Shown here: positions 36,300-44,865 of the stretch, in pieces
Layout: the number at the start of each line of letters is the position of its first letter
Position numbering within the stretch: position 1 is the first letter of the stretch
From: an uncultured Bacilli bacterium
GTDB lineage: Bacteria > Bacillota_I > Bacilli_A > RF39 > UBA660
Direction of reading: 5' to 3'
Length of the DNA stretch: 64,000 nt
Assembly (NCBI GenBank): GCA_934090795.1
Contig: CAKOJQ010000006.1
Location: forward strand, 7,927 to 71,926
The notes under the pieces: generated by a model
What the model saw: the letters and a program-made list of their open reading frames with translations, nothing else
What the model was told of the DNA's origin: nothing
Database searches by the model: none
Program-made: the position numbers and the translations under genes

Positions 36300-37703
36300 A
36301 TGAAAGAAGAAAAAATAAGAATGGTAGTTGTAGTAACTACTATATTTATGTTGGTACTTTTATTTGGAGGTGTAACGTTTGCATACTTTACAGCTGTAAA
36401 TAATCAAGGCTCAACAGCAGTCGCAACAATTGATACAGGAAAAATGATTATAACTTATAATGATGGAACGGATAATATTGTACCAGTAACAGATATTCAA
36501 CCAAGTGATAAAATTCTTGTTAATAAAACATTCTCATTAACAGGAACAAACACAGCAACAGGAATGGCTACAGGCGATGGATTAGTGATGCCTTATAGAG
36601 TAGGAGTACAATATACTTCAACATTTAGTGATGACATGATGCATTATTATATAAAAGAAGTAAATAGACCAACAAACTCAAATGTAACAGCAAATTATGT
36701 AATAAAACCAGAGGACGGAAAAACAGAAGATGATTATAAAAATCAAACAGTACCAGGAAATGATACAAAAACAGGCTATATACATGGAACATTTAAAAAT
36801 GGTAAAAAATATACTGAGATGGTAACAGGAGAATTTCCAGCAAGTTTAAATGATCAAACTATAACGTTTAATTTAATAATTCAATTTCCTGATAATAATG
36901 AAAACCAAGACTCAGAAAAAGGAAAAACATTTAATGGTAAAGTAGTAGTAAACTATGAACGATCATTTGCAGATGATTCGTGGGATGAAATAGCAGCAAC
37001 AGTAAAAGTAAACCCAGCAGCGTATGCAGTAGGATCAACAAAAACATTAAAAGTGTATGATAACCCAAACGGAGAAACAACAAATGGAACATATAAAGAA
37101 TACACAGTAAGAGTAGCAAATAACACAACACCAGCAGAATGTAGTGGAACAGATTTTTCCCAGACAGCTTGTGGATTTGTAGTAGAGTTTGTTGATATAG
37201 TAGAAACAAGACAAATGAATAGTACTAATACAAATGTAGGTGGATGGCCTGCAACTGAGATGAGAACATATGCAAATGAAGAATTCTTAAAGAAATTACC
37301 AAGTGACTTGCAAAATGTTATAGCTAAAACAAAAGTAGTATCAGGACATGGTAGTGATGATAAAAATAATAAAAGAACAGATGGTAATTGGGAATCAGAA
37401 GATAAAATATATTTACTAAGTGCGCATGAAGTATGGGAAGATGGTACAAATAATCAGACATCCAGTGCAGTTACTGCATATGACAATACAAGACAATTAG
37501 ATTATTATAAAAATATAGGAGTAACAACAATTAACTACTCAAGTATTATAAAGAAATATGCTGGTTCAGATTCCAAGTGGTGGCTTCGCGTGGCTCGTTC
37601 CAATACTGACAGTAATTTCCTAGTTGTCAATCAATCTGGCGACTGGTATATCAATGCTGCTAATAGTGTCGGTGGCTTCGCCCCAGCTTTCCACATCGGA
37701 TAA
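36300..37703 (+). CDS. Secreted surface protein: SipW-type signal peptide/TasA-like N-terminus plus a DUF6273-like C-terminus
   Basis: VLLFGGVTFAYFTAVNN matches the GGT-x-A-x-F SipW-cognate signal type. ATIDTGKMIITY...IQPSDKILVNKTFSLTGTN resembles the TasA/camelysin N-terminal strands. C-terminus SKWWLRVARSN...GGFAPAFHIG. Confidence 0.6.
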   Translation: MKEEKIRMVVVVTTIFMLVLLFGGVTFAYFTAVNNQGSTAVATIDTGKMIITYNDGTDNIVPVTDIQPSDKILVNKTFSLTGTNTATGMATGDGLVMPYRVGVQYTSTFSDDMMHYYIKEVNRPTNSNVTANYVIKPEDGKTEDDYKNQTVPGNDTKTGYIHGTFKNGKKYTEMVTGEFPASLNDQTITFNLIIQFPDNNENQDSEKGKTFNGKVVVNYERSFADDSWDEIAATVKVNPAAYAVGSTKTLKVYDNPNGETTNGTYKEYTVRVANNTTPAECSGTDFSQTACGFVVEFVDIVETRQMNSTNTNVGGWPATEMRTYANEEFLKKLPSDLQNVIAKTKVVSGHGSDDKNNKRTDGNWESEDKIYLLSAHEVWEDGTNNQTSSAVTAYDNTRQLDYYKNIGVTTINYSSIIKKYAGSDSKWWLRVARSNTDSNFLVVNQSGDWYINAANSVGGFAPAFHIG

Positions 37704-37895
37704 TCATGTAAACTAAGTGTAAAGAGGATGTAAAGCAAAACAGGAATAGGAATATCGGTTCCTAAAGGCCCGTCACAGAGGGGCATAAGCGAGTAAAAAA
37801 AGACGGCCCGAAAAATAAAAAGAAAAGAGATCCTCAATTGGTTCCGGTAAGGAAACATTGGAGGTGACTTAAAATGAAAGAAAGATATAATAAAA

Positions 37896-37934
37896 AAGTT
37901 CTAAAGCTTAATTTGCCTTAGAACTTTTCTTTCT
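37896..37934 (+). terminator. Hairpin terminator (overlaps the 3' end of the convergent gene)
   Basis: AAGTTCTAA, 13-nt loop, TTAGAACTT, then TTCTTTCT. Confidence 0.4.
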
Positions 37935-38567
37935 ATTAAATATAGGTACAAATATAAGTAATATAACTGAACTAGTTAAAGTTACTATAAAATTACTTGT
38001 AAGGGTGTTTAAAAATTCATTTAATATAATTTTATTAGTAAATAAATATGGAATATTATAAACTGTAGTAAATATCATTTGATCTAGTATAAATCCAATT
38101 AATGTTGATGTTAAAAATGCTACTAAATATCCTGCGTTCTCATAAGTTACTTCATAAGTTACAAAGAATATATAATGTGAAAAATAATAAACTATTAAAT
38201 ATACAACTAATTTATAAATATCAGGGTAATAAACATTAAAGTTATTAATTGAATACATATTAGGAGTAAATACATTTTTTATTGAATTAATTAAATCATT
38301 CGAACTATTAACTTGACACATAATTATTACTATTATAAAAAATAATATTAAATATTTAATAGAAGATAAAACATATTTTTTACAATCTCTTATTTTATTT
38401 CTTTCAATCATTATAGAACTAACTAAGAATGTTAAAGAATAAAGTAAAACTCCAATCGATATACTAGCGTTATTATATATATTTACATTTATATTATTAA
38501 ATAAATAACTTAATAATACCAATATAAATAGTATTAGTGCATAATTATAATTTCTTTTCTTTTTCAT
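37908..38567 (-). CDS. Polytopic membrane protein, possibly VUT/YhhQ-family (queuosine-precursor transporter-like)
   Basis: About 6 TM helices. YSLTFLVSSIMIE and AFLTSTLIGFILDQMIFT resemble the conserved YhhQ blocks (recalled). Start moved to MKKKRNY, behind GAGGGA. Confidence 0.4.
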   Translation of the reverse strand: MKKKRNYNYALILFILVLLSYLFNNINVNIYNNASISIGVLLYSLTFLVSSIMIERNKIRDCKKYVLSSIKYLILFFIIVIIMCQVNSSNDLINSIKNVFTPNMYSINNFNVYYPDIYKLVVYLIVYYFSHYIFFVTYEVTYENAGYLVAFLTSTLIGFILDQMIFTTVYNIPYLFTNKIILNEFLNTLTSNFIVTLTSSVILLIFVPIFNRKKSSKAN

Positions 38568-38640
38568 TATATCCCTCATATTCTAAAAATATCTTATCAT
38601 ATTAATTAATAAAATTAAAGATAAAATGAATGTATCATAA

Positions 38641-38785
38641 TTGAACTTAAAATAATTATTTGTTATAATGAATATGTAAGGAAAACTTACATAAAATAAA
38701 AAGGAACACCTAACCGGAGAATTGGGTGATTACCTTAATATTCATATCATCAAAACGCCCCTGAGCTTGTGGTGATTTTTTTTTA
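38641..38785 (+). ncRNA. Candidate orphan small RNA (promoter to T9 terminator, ~110 nt transcript)
   Basis: TTGAAC, 17 nt, TGTTATAAT (38641-38669). Hairpins ATGTAAG-gaaaa-CTTACAT and CACCTAA-ccggagaa-TTGGGTG. A weak stem TCATCA/TGGTGA is followed by T9 (38776-38784). No ORF. Confidence 0.3.
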
Positions 38786-38938
38786 TCAATTTATTTATAA
38801 TAAATACAAATGATATGGATTTTAGTGATTAAAATATATGAATAATCATGATTAAAAATAATTAAAACTTATTGTTAAAATATTTTTAATGTGTTATATT
38901 TATAAAGAAAATAAGCAAAATAAAAAAGGAGTTGTTTT

Positions 38939-39757
38939 ATGAAAAAAATATTAATAATCTTATTAGCTATAGGTGTTATGTTAATGCCACTTAATACATT
39001 AGCGTTAGATAATGAAAGTACTTTTAGTGTAGGAGACAGTGTTTCTGTATCATTTAATGGTCAAACTAATTCTCAAAATTTAATTGGTTTTCATGTTTTA
39101 AAAGCATCAAGTGCTGGTGAATCTACCGTAACATTAATTTATGATGGAATTATGGCAACTCATGATAGTGCTGGAAATATTAAAGAAGCTCAAGTACTAT
39201 ATCAAACTCCTGATACAGCAACTGGAAATGCTTCTGAATTTGCTGGAAGTAATGTTAAAAGATTCTTAGATGAAGCAGTAGCAGAATATGGATGGATTTT
39301 AGCATCATCTGCTAGGTTATTAGAAGCAAGTGATTTAACAAGTTTAGGTATTTCAAAAGATGCTGATGGAACTTATACTATTCCAACTAAATATGACTTT
39401 TTAAGACCAGCAGATTTTGATAGTGCTTATTCAACAACCGCAACTGATTATTGGACTCAAATAACAAGTGGAACAAGTAATGTATACGTTGTAACTAAAG
39501 AAGGAACTGATAAAACTAATAATATATCAGCTAAAATTGTTACTAAAAGTGTTGATCCTGTAACATCTAGTAACAATTATTCAGTTAAGCCAGTTGTAGT
39601 TGTTAATAAGCAATATATTGTATGTAATAATAGTAAAAAGTCTGAAAATGTACAAACTGGTATTGAAGATTATTTCTTACTATTTGGTGGAATTATTGTT
39701 TTATCTACAATAGGTTATGTTGCTTCTAAGAAAAAAGATGCATTTCAAAATATATAA
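38939..39757 (+). CDS. Cell-wall-anchored surface protein with an NVQTG sortase signal
   Basis: Signal peptide MKKILIILLAIGVMLMPLNTLA. C-terminus ENVQTG-IEDYFLLFGGIIVLSTIGYVA-SKKKD is motif, hydrophobic stretch, then a positively charged tail. NVQTG is a known clostridial SrtB-type variant. Confidence 0.7.
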   Translation: MKKILIILLAIGVMLMPLNTLALDNESTFSVGDSVSVSFNGQTNSQNLIGFHVLKASSAGESTVTLIYDGIMATHDSAGNIKEAQVLYQTPDTATGNASEFAGSNVKRFLDEAVAEYGWILASSARLLEASDLTSLGISKDADGTYTIPTKYDFLRPADFDSAYSTTATDYWTQITSGTSNVYVVTKEGTDKTNNISAKIVTKSVDPVTSSNNYSVKPVVVVNKQYIVCNNSKKSENVQTGIEDYFLLFGGIIVLSTIGYVASKKKDAFQNI

Positions 39758-39768
39758 TTAATATTTAG

Positions 39769-39797
39769 ACTTTATGATAAAACATAAAGTTTTTTTA
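39769..39797 (+). terminator. Rho-independent terminator
   Basis: ACTTTATG, 6-nt loop, CATAAAGT, then T7. Confidence 0.7.
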
Positions 39798-39840
39798 TTC
39801 GTTCATTTATGTTAAAATAAAAAAAGAAAAGAGTGGTATC

Positions 39841-40101
39841 ATGGAAAGATTATATGGAGTAATTAAGGAAGTTTATATACCTTTAGAATATAATGAAAAT
39901 AATAATTTATTAGATATTATGGATAGAAATAATATTGGTTTTAAAATAGATGTTGATGGTGAAGTAGAATCATATGAATTTGAACAAGATGAATTTAACT
40001 GTCAAATTCTTAAAAATGATTATGTAATGATTACTAAGCAAACAATAGATGGAACTAATTTTATAGATATAGAAAAAGTGGAAAGTGATTTAGATGAATA
40101 G
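39841..40101 (+). CDS. Small acidic hypothetical protein (86 aa), translationally coupled to the helicase gene
   Basis: From the ORF track, with SD AAGAGTGG. The last 8 nt overlap the helicase ATG at 40094. Confidence 0.5.
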   Translation: MERLYGVIKEVYIPLEYNENNNLLDIMDRNNIGFKIDVDGEVESYEFEQDEFNCQILKNDYVMITKQTIDGTNFIDIEKVESDLDE

Positions 40102-42571
40102 AGGTTTAGAGTTATATAAACATAATGAAGAAGCATATAGAAAAATAGATAATGCTTATCAAAGTGGTGAAGATGTTGTCGGTATAGTTCATGCAACAGG
40201 TACTGGTAAAAGTTATCTTGCTTTAAATTTAGCATATCATCATCAAGATAAAAAAGTTGTATATATAGTTCCATCAAATGGGATTATAGAACATTTAGAA
40301 AACATTATTAAAGAATCTGGTTTAAGTAAAGAAAAAGATTTTGCTAATGTCGAATTTAGAACCTATCAAAGTTTGATTAATTTATCACTTGAAGAGATAG
40401 AGAATATTGATTGTGATTTATTAATTTTAGATGAATTCCATCATTTAGGTGCTCCTGTATGGGGTGCTCGTACTAAAACATTTATTGAAACTCATTCTAA
40501 CATTAAAATATTTGGAATGACTGCTTATACTATAAGAGATAGAAATACTTCATATGAAAGAGATATGGCAAATCCAGAAACTGATGAATTATTTTCTAAT
40601 AAAATAATAAGTAGATATGACTTATGTGATGCCATAATTGATGGTATCTTACCCCAAAATATAACTTATAAAACAAGTGTAATTGGTTTAGAAGAAATAC
40701 TAAAAAAATTAGAGAATAAAACAAGTTCTTTAGGTCTAGAAGAAGAAAATCAAAAAGAGCTAGAGGCTGCTAAAAAAAGAATAGCTGAAGCACCAAGTAT
40801 AGCTAAAATTATAAAAGAAACAATTCATTCAAATTCTAAACTAATATATTTTTGTCCACCATTTTCAGAAAAAGATGTAAACGATATTGAAACCATTAAA
40901 AAAGAAGCACTTGAATGGTTTAAACAAATAACATGTGAAGAAAATATTGCTTTTTATTCAACAACAAGTGAGATGGGAACTGATGGAAAGAAAAATAGAG
41001 AAGCATTTTACCAAGATGTAGATTTAAGTGGTAATAATGTAAGTAATAAATTAAGAGTCATGTTTGCTATAAATCAATATAATGAAGGAATTCATGCTCC
41101 AAATGTAGATGGAGTTATTATGGGAAGAGGAACATCATCAGATATTGTATTTTTTGAACAATTAGGTAGAGCTTTAGCCGTTAATCGAAATAATAATCCT
41201 GTAATTATTGATTTAGCCGGAAATTATACTTATATGAATGAGCTTAAAAATAACATTAAGGATAGAATTAAAGAACAAAGTGAAAAAACAGGAAGAACAA
41301 ATGAAAGAAGAAATATCCCGGAAGTTAAATTTAATATTGAAATTCAAAACATAGATATATTTAATTTCTTGAGTGATTATTATAAAAGAATTAATCGAAC
41401 ATGGATGGATTATTATGAACTTGCTAAAAAATATTATGAAACATATGGAAATTTAGAAATAAAAGTTACATTTAAAACGAATGATGGAGTAACTTACGAT
41501 CCAAATGGCAAGATAAATTTGGGCACTTGGATAATGCGTCAAAGGCAAAGATGTTTGACTAAAAGTGAACGAGGTAAATTACTTTCCCAAATTGGCATGC
41601 GATTTGAAAATATAAGATCTAAATTATCATGGAAAGAAATGTATGAGTATGCTAAAAAATATTATGAAGCATATGGAAATTTAGAAATACCTCGAAAATT
41701 TAAAACTAATAATGGAACAACTTATGATCCAAATGGTAAGATAAATTTAGGCTATTGGAAAGAAAATCAAAAACGTGTATGTCCACCGGAAAGTGAACGA
41801 GGTAAATTACTGACACAAATAGGCATGCGATTTGAAAATAAAATATCTACTTTATCATGGAAAGAAATGTATGAATATGCTAAAAAATACTATGAAACAC
41901 ATGGAAACCTAGAAGTTCCTGCAAGATTTAAAACAAATAATGGAATAACATATGATGCAACCGGCAAAATAAATTTAGGTCAATGGATAGCAACACAAAG
42001 AAAGAGATGCTTACCTGAAAGTGAACGAGGAAAATTATTATCTCAAATTGGAATGCGATTTGAAAATCAAAAATCTACTTTACCATGGAAAGAAATGTAT
42101 GAATATGCCAAAAAATATTATGAATCACATGGCAATATAAAAATTCCTACAATATTTCAAACCAATAATGGAGTAACTTATGATTCAAATGGTAAAATAA
42201 ACTTAGGCCAATGGATAGCAAAACAAAGACGGATATGTTCACCTGAAAGCAATCGTGGTAAATTATTGTTAAAAATCGGAATGCGATTTAATACATTAAG
42301 TGATAATAATAATATTAAAAAAATTTGTTTAAAATACGGAATAGATATAGAATCCAATAAACAAGTTATATTAGTTTGCAGTTTTACTGAATTCATGACT
42401 AAAATAAAATTAAGTATGGAATTAGGAATAAATCTTATAGATGAAAATGGTAAGCTAAATCAAATTTTTTATATGAATAATGAAGAATTTAAAGATAAAT
42501 TTGGTTATAGTGTTGAAGAATTAATTAATAAATATTCATTAAAGATATCTACATCTAGCAAATCAAAATAA
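40094..42571 (+). CDS. SF2 (DEAD/DEAH, type III restriction Res-like) helicase with four C-terminal helicase-associated (HA) domain repeats
   Basis: Walker A HATGTGKSY, motif II LILDEFHHLG, motif III MTAYT, motif VI FEQLGRALA. Then 4 x 76-aa repeats W-x-EMYEYAKKYYE-x-HGNL-x-VP-x-FKTNNG-x-TYD..GKINLG-x-W...QR......SERGKLL.QIGMRFE (PF03457-like). Confidence 0.8.
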   Translation: MNRGLELYKHNEEAYRKIDNAYQSGEDVVGIVHATGTGKSYLALNLAYHHQDKKVVYIVPSNGIIEHLENIIKESGLSKEKDFANVEFRTYQSLINLSLEEIENIDCDLLILDEFHHLGAPVWGARTKTFIETHSNIKIFGMTAYTIRDRNTSYERDMANPETDELFSNKIISRYDLCDAIIDGILPQNITYKTSVIGLEEILKKLENKTSSLGLEEENQKELEAAKKRIAEAPSIAKIIKETIHSNSKLIYFCPPFSEKDVNDIETIKKEALEWFKQITCEENIAFYSTTSEMGTDGKKNREAFYQDVDLSGNNVSNKLRVMFAINQYNEGIHAPNVDGVIMGRGTSSDIVFFEQLGRALAVNRNNNPVIIDLAGNYTYMNELKNNIKDRIKEQSEKTGRTNERRNIPEVKFNIEIQNIDIFNFLSDYYKRINRTWMDYYELAKKYYETYGNLEIKVTFKTNDGVTYDPNGKINLGTWIMRQRQRCLTKSERGKLLSQIGMRFENIRSKLSWKEMYEYAKKYYEAYGNLEIPRKFKTNNGTTYDPNGKINLGYWKENQKRVCPPESERGKLLTQIGMRFENKISTLSWKEMYEYAKKYYETHGNLEVPARFKTNNGITYDATGKINLGQWIATQRKRCLPESERGKLLSQIGMRFENQKSTLPWKEMYEYAKKYYESHGNIKIPTIFQTNNGVTYDSNGKINLGQWIAKQRRICSPESNRGKLLLKIGMRFNTLSDNNNIKKICLKYGIDIESNKQVILVCSFTEFMTKIKLSMELGINLIDENGKLNQIFYMNNEEFKDKFGYSVEELINKYSLKISTSSKSK
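41402..42313 (+). repeat. Four tandem 228-nt coding repeats (HA-domain units)
   Basis: Units start at the Trp codons 41402, 41630, 41858 and 42086, an exact 228-nt period. Units 2-4 are highly similar at the protein level. Confidence 0.9.
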
Positions 42572-42657
42572 AATTTTAAAGGCAATAACATAAAAAATAT
42601 TGTCTTTTTTTTCTCTAAAAAATATTATATAATTTATAATAGGATAGAGGAAGTTAC

Positions 42658-44364
42658 ATGATTAGAAAGCTTAAAATAAGAACATTTTTAGTAGCGATTA
42701 TAACCTTATTTTTAGGTTCTTTAACGATGTCTTATTCTATAATAAATAGTGATGATTTTTTAAAAAGTTTTAAAATTATAAATGTTTCCAATATAAGTAC
42801 TAAATATCATATTGAATTTGAAAAAACAAAATCAGCTGTAGATTATGAAATAATTGTTTATGATGAAGATAGTAATATAATTGCTAATGAAAAAACAAAT
42901 GAAAACATAATTGATATTGATATGCCAAACTTAAAATATGATAATAAATATAAAATGTTAATATATGCCTATGATAAATTAGGAGCAAGCATTACAGTTA
43001 AAAATCCCTATGAATTTACTTATACTGAACCTACATTTAGTAAAGATAATAATTTAGTATTAGAAAATAATGAAGATTATACTTTATATATAGATGGCAA
43101 TTTAGAAAGTAAAAATTATGAAATCGGATTATTTGATGGAGAAACATTAATTACCAAAGAAAGTATTAAAACTAATGAATACATTATTAAACAAAAATAT
43201 TTTAATGGCTTAAATCAAGTATTAACAGTCAAATTATTTGATGGTGATAGTATTATTAATACAATTAATTTATATTCTAATTTATCTCCTATAAGTGATA
43301 TTAAAATTGTTAGTCCTCAAAATGATGCCCTATTAGATTATCAAGACGTTCCTTTAACCTTTACAGGTGGAGATAACGCTAGTAATTATACTTTAGAAAT
43401 CTATAAAGATGGAATTTTAATTAAAAGTGTATCCTTAACCCAAAATAGAGCTATAATAAGTTCTGAATTCTTTATGAAAGATAATAAATATACCTTCAAA
43501 ATAAAAGCCGATTATTTAGATTATACATCTTATAGTAAAGAAACAGCTGTTAACTTCCAAATGAAAGAAAAAGCAACTCTTTTACCTGCTTATATAAATA
43601 GTAATCCAAATTACATAAAAGAAAATTCTTACCTAACAATATCTAATCCAAATAAAGGAGGAACTATCTATTATACCCTTGATGGAAGTGAGCCAAATGA
43701 GAATTCATCTATTTATAAAGAACCAGTTCAAATAAAAAACAATATGACACTAAAAACAATTGTTAAAGAAGATAAATATTATGATAGTGTTATTTCTACA
43801 TATAATTTAAATGTAGAAAATAAAACTGAATATAAAGTATATTTAAGTCCATCTAATCAAACTGGTAATCTTGGAGTTAAATCTGTTGGATTTTCTAATG
43901 AAGAAAAAGAAATGAATGATTTATCTAATTATATTGAAAAAAGATTAAAAGAAAATAATGTTAAAGTATATCGTAATAATCCTAATGGTAATATTAATCT
44001 ATGGGTTGCTGATTCAAAATATTATGGTGCTGACTTGCATATTGCTATTCACTCTAATGCTAGTACTGATCATACTTCTAAAGGCGTTGAAACTTGGATT
44101 AATGAACAAACTAGTGATACCTATAGTCTTGCCAACATGATTCAAAGTGATTTATTAAATATTTATTACGATAAAGAAAATGGTAACCGAGGAGTTAAAT
44201 ATTCTAATGGTGCTTTAGGTGAAACTAGAATGCCTAAATTTGGTATTTTAGTAGAAGTAGCCCATCATGATTATGAAGAAGATGCTAAATGGATAATGGA
44301 TAATAAAGAGTTAATTGGTAAAACAATTGCTGATTCAATTCTTAAATATTTTGGTATAATTTGA
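42658..44364 (+). CDS. N-acetylmuramoyl-L-alanine amidase (Amidase_3) with N-terminal Ig/FN3-like repeats and a chitobiase-C-like module
   Basis: Signal anchor. GGTIYYTLDGSEPNENSSIYKEPVQI (CHB_HEX_C-like). C-terminal KVYLSPSNQ...DLHIAIHSNA...GVETW...LVEVAHHD are Amidase_3 zinc-ligand blocks. Confidence 0.75.
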   Translation: MIRKLKIRTFLVAIITLFLGSLTMSYSIINSDDFLKSFKIINVSNISTKYHIEFEKTKSAVDYEIIVYDEDSNIIANEKTNENIIDIDMPNLKYDNKYKMLIYAYDKLGASITVKNPYEFTYTEPTFSKDNNLVLENNEDYTLYIDGNLESKNYEIGLFDGETLITKESIKTNEYIIKQKYFNGLNQVLTVKLFDGDSIINTINLYSNLSPISDIKIVSPQNDALLDYQDVPLTFTGGDNASNYTLEIYKDGILIKSVSLTQNRAIISSEFFMKDNKYTFKIKADYLDYTSYSKETAVNFQMKEKATLLPAYINSNPNYIKENSYLTISNPNKGGTIYYTLDGSEPNENSSIYKEPVQIKNNMTLKTIVKEDKYYDSVISTYNLNVENKTEYKVYLSPSNQTGNLGVKSVGFSNEEKEMNDLSNYIEKRLKENNVKVYRNNPNGNINLWVADSKYYGADLHIAIHSNASTDHTSKGVETWINEQTSDTYSLANMIQSDLLNIYYDKENGNRGVKYSNGALGETRMPKFGILVEVAHHDYEEDAKWIMDNKELIGKTIADSILKYFGII

Positions 44365-44550
44365 CGAATTTAAGATTTTTGTAAAATTATGTTGTATTAT
44401 AATCTTGGTGATATTATGAGTAGCATTTTTAGACAAATGATTGAAAAAACTAAGGATTTAATAATTTATGAGGATATAATTAAAATTTTTGATGAACTTG
44501 ACAAATTAAGTGATAAATAATAAAATTATTGGTAGTTAGAAGGTGTATAA

Positions 44551-44865
44551 GTGGAAGATAAATTATATCTTAATCCCGAAGAAATATTAAGACATGAATT
44601 TAAAATTGATGCAAGAGGTTATCGTATGCAAGAAGTAGATAGATACTTAGATATGGTAATTAGAGATTATACTGAACTAATTAAAACTGTAAAAGTACTA
44701 GAAAATGAAAATAAAAATTTAAGAGAAGATAATCGTAAAATAAGTGCTGAATATCGTCGCCTTAAAGAAGAAATTAGTGCTAGTGAAACAGGTGCTCCAA
44801 ATGGTAATACTGACCTTCTAAGAAGATTATCTAATTTAGAAAAAATTGTTTATGGTAAAGAATAA
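44551..44865 (+). CDS. gpsB: Cell-cycle protein GpsB (DivIVA-domain)
   Basis: ILRHEFKIDARGYRMQEVDRYLDMVIRDY is the DivIVA/GpsB N-terminal domain. About 100 aa. GTG start behind GAAGGTG. Sits next to rnpB, as in B. subtilis. Confidence 0.75.
   Translation: MEDKLYLNPEEILRHEFKIDARGYRMQEVDRYLDMVIRDYTELIKTVKVLENENKNLREDNRKISAEYRRLKEEISASETGAPNGNTDLLRRLSNLEKIVYGKE

Noticed and set aside
37561-37907. Diversity-generating retroelement (variable region at the C-terminus of a surface protein plus a nearby template repeat)
   Set aside because: The GC-rich gene end made me look for a second copy of the ~140-nt segment and for a reverse transcriptase. Neither is present in the window.
37874-37921. 15-codon ORF behind a perfect GGAGGTGA SD, as a real gene
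   Set aside because: It is too short to evaluate and it overlaps both the convergent gene's 3' end and a hairpin. I kept it only as part of the GC-island finding, as a possible regulatory micro-ORF.
38568-38790. preQ1, TPP or other riboswitch upstream of the VUT/YhhQ-like transporter gene (minus strand)
   Set aside because: Reading the minus strand, I found no preQ1-I hairpin with an A-rich tail and no TPP CTGAGA/ACCC blocks. The structured elements there read better on the plus strand, as an independent unit.
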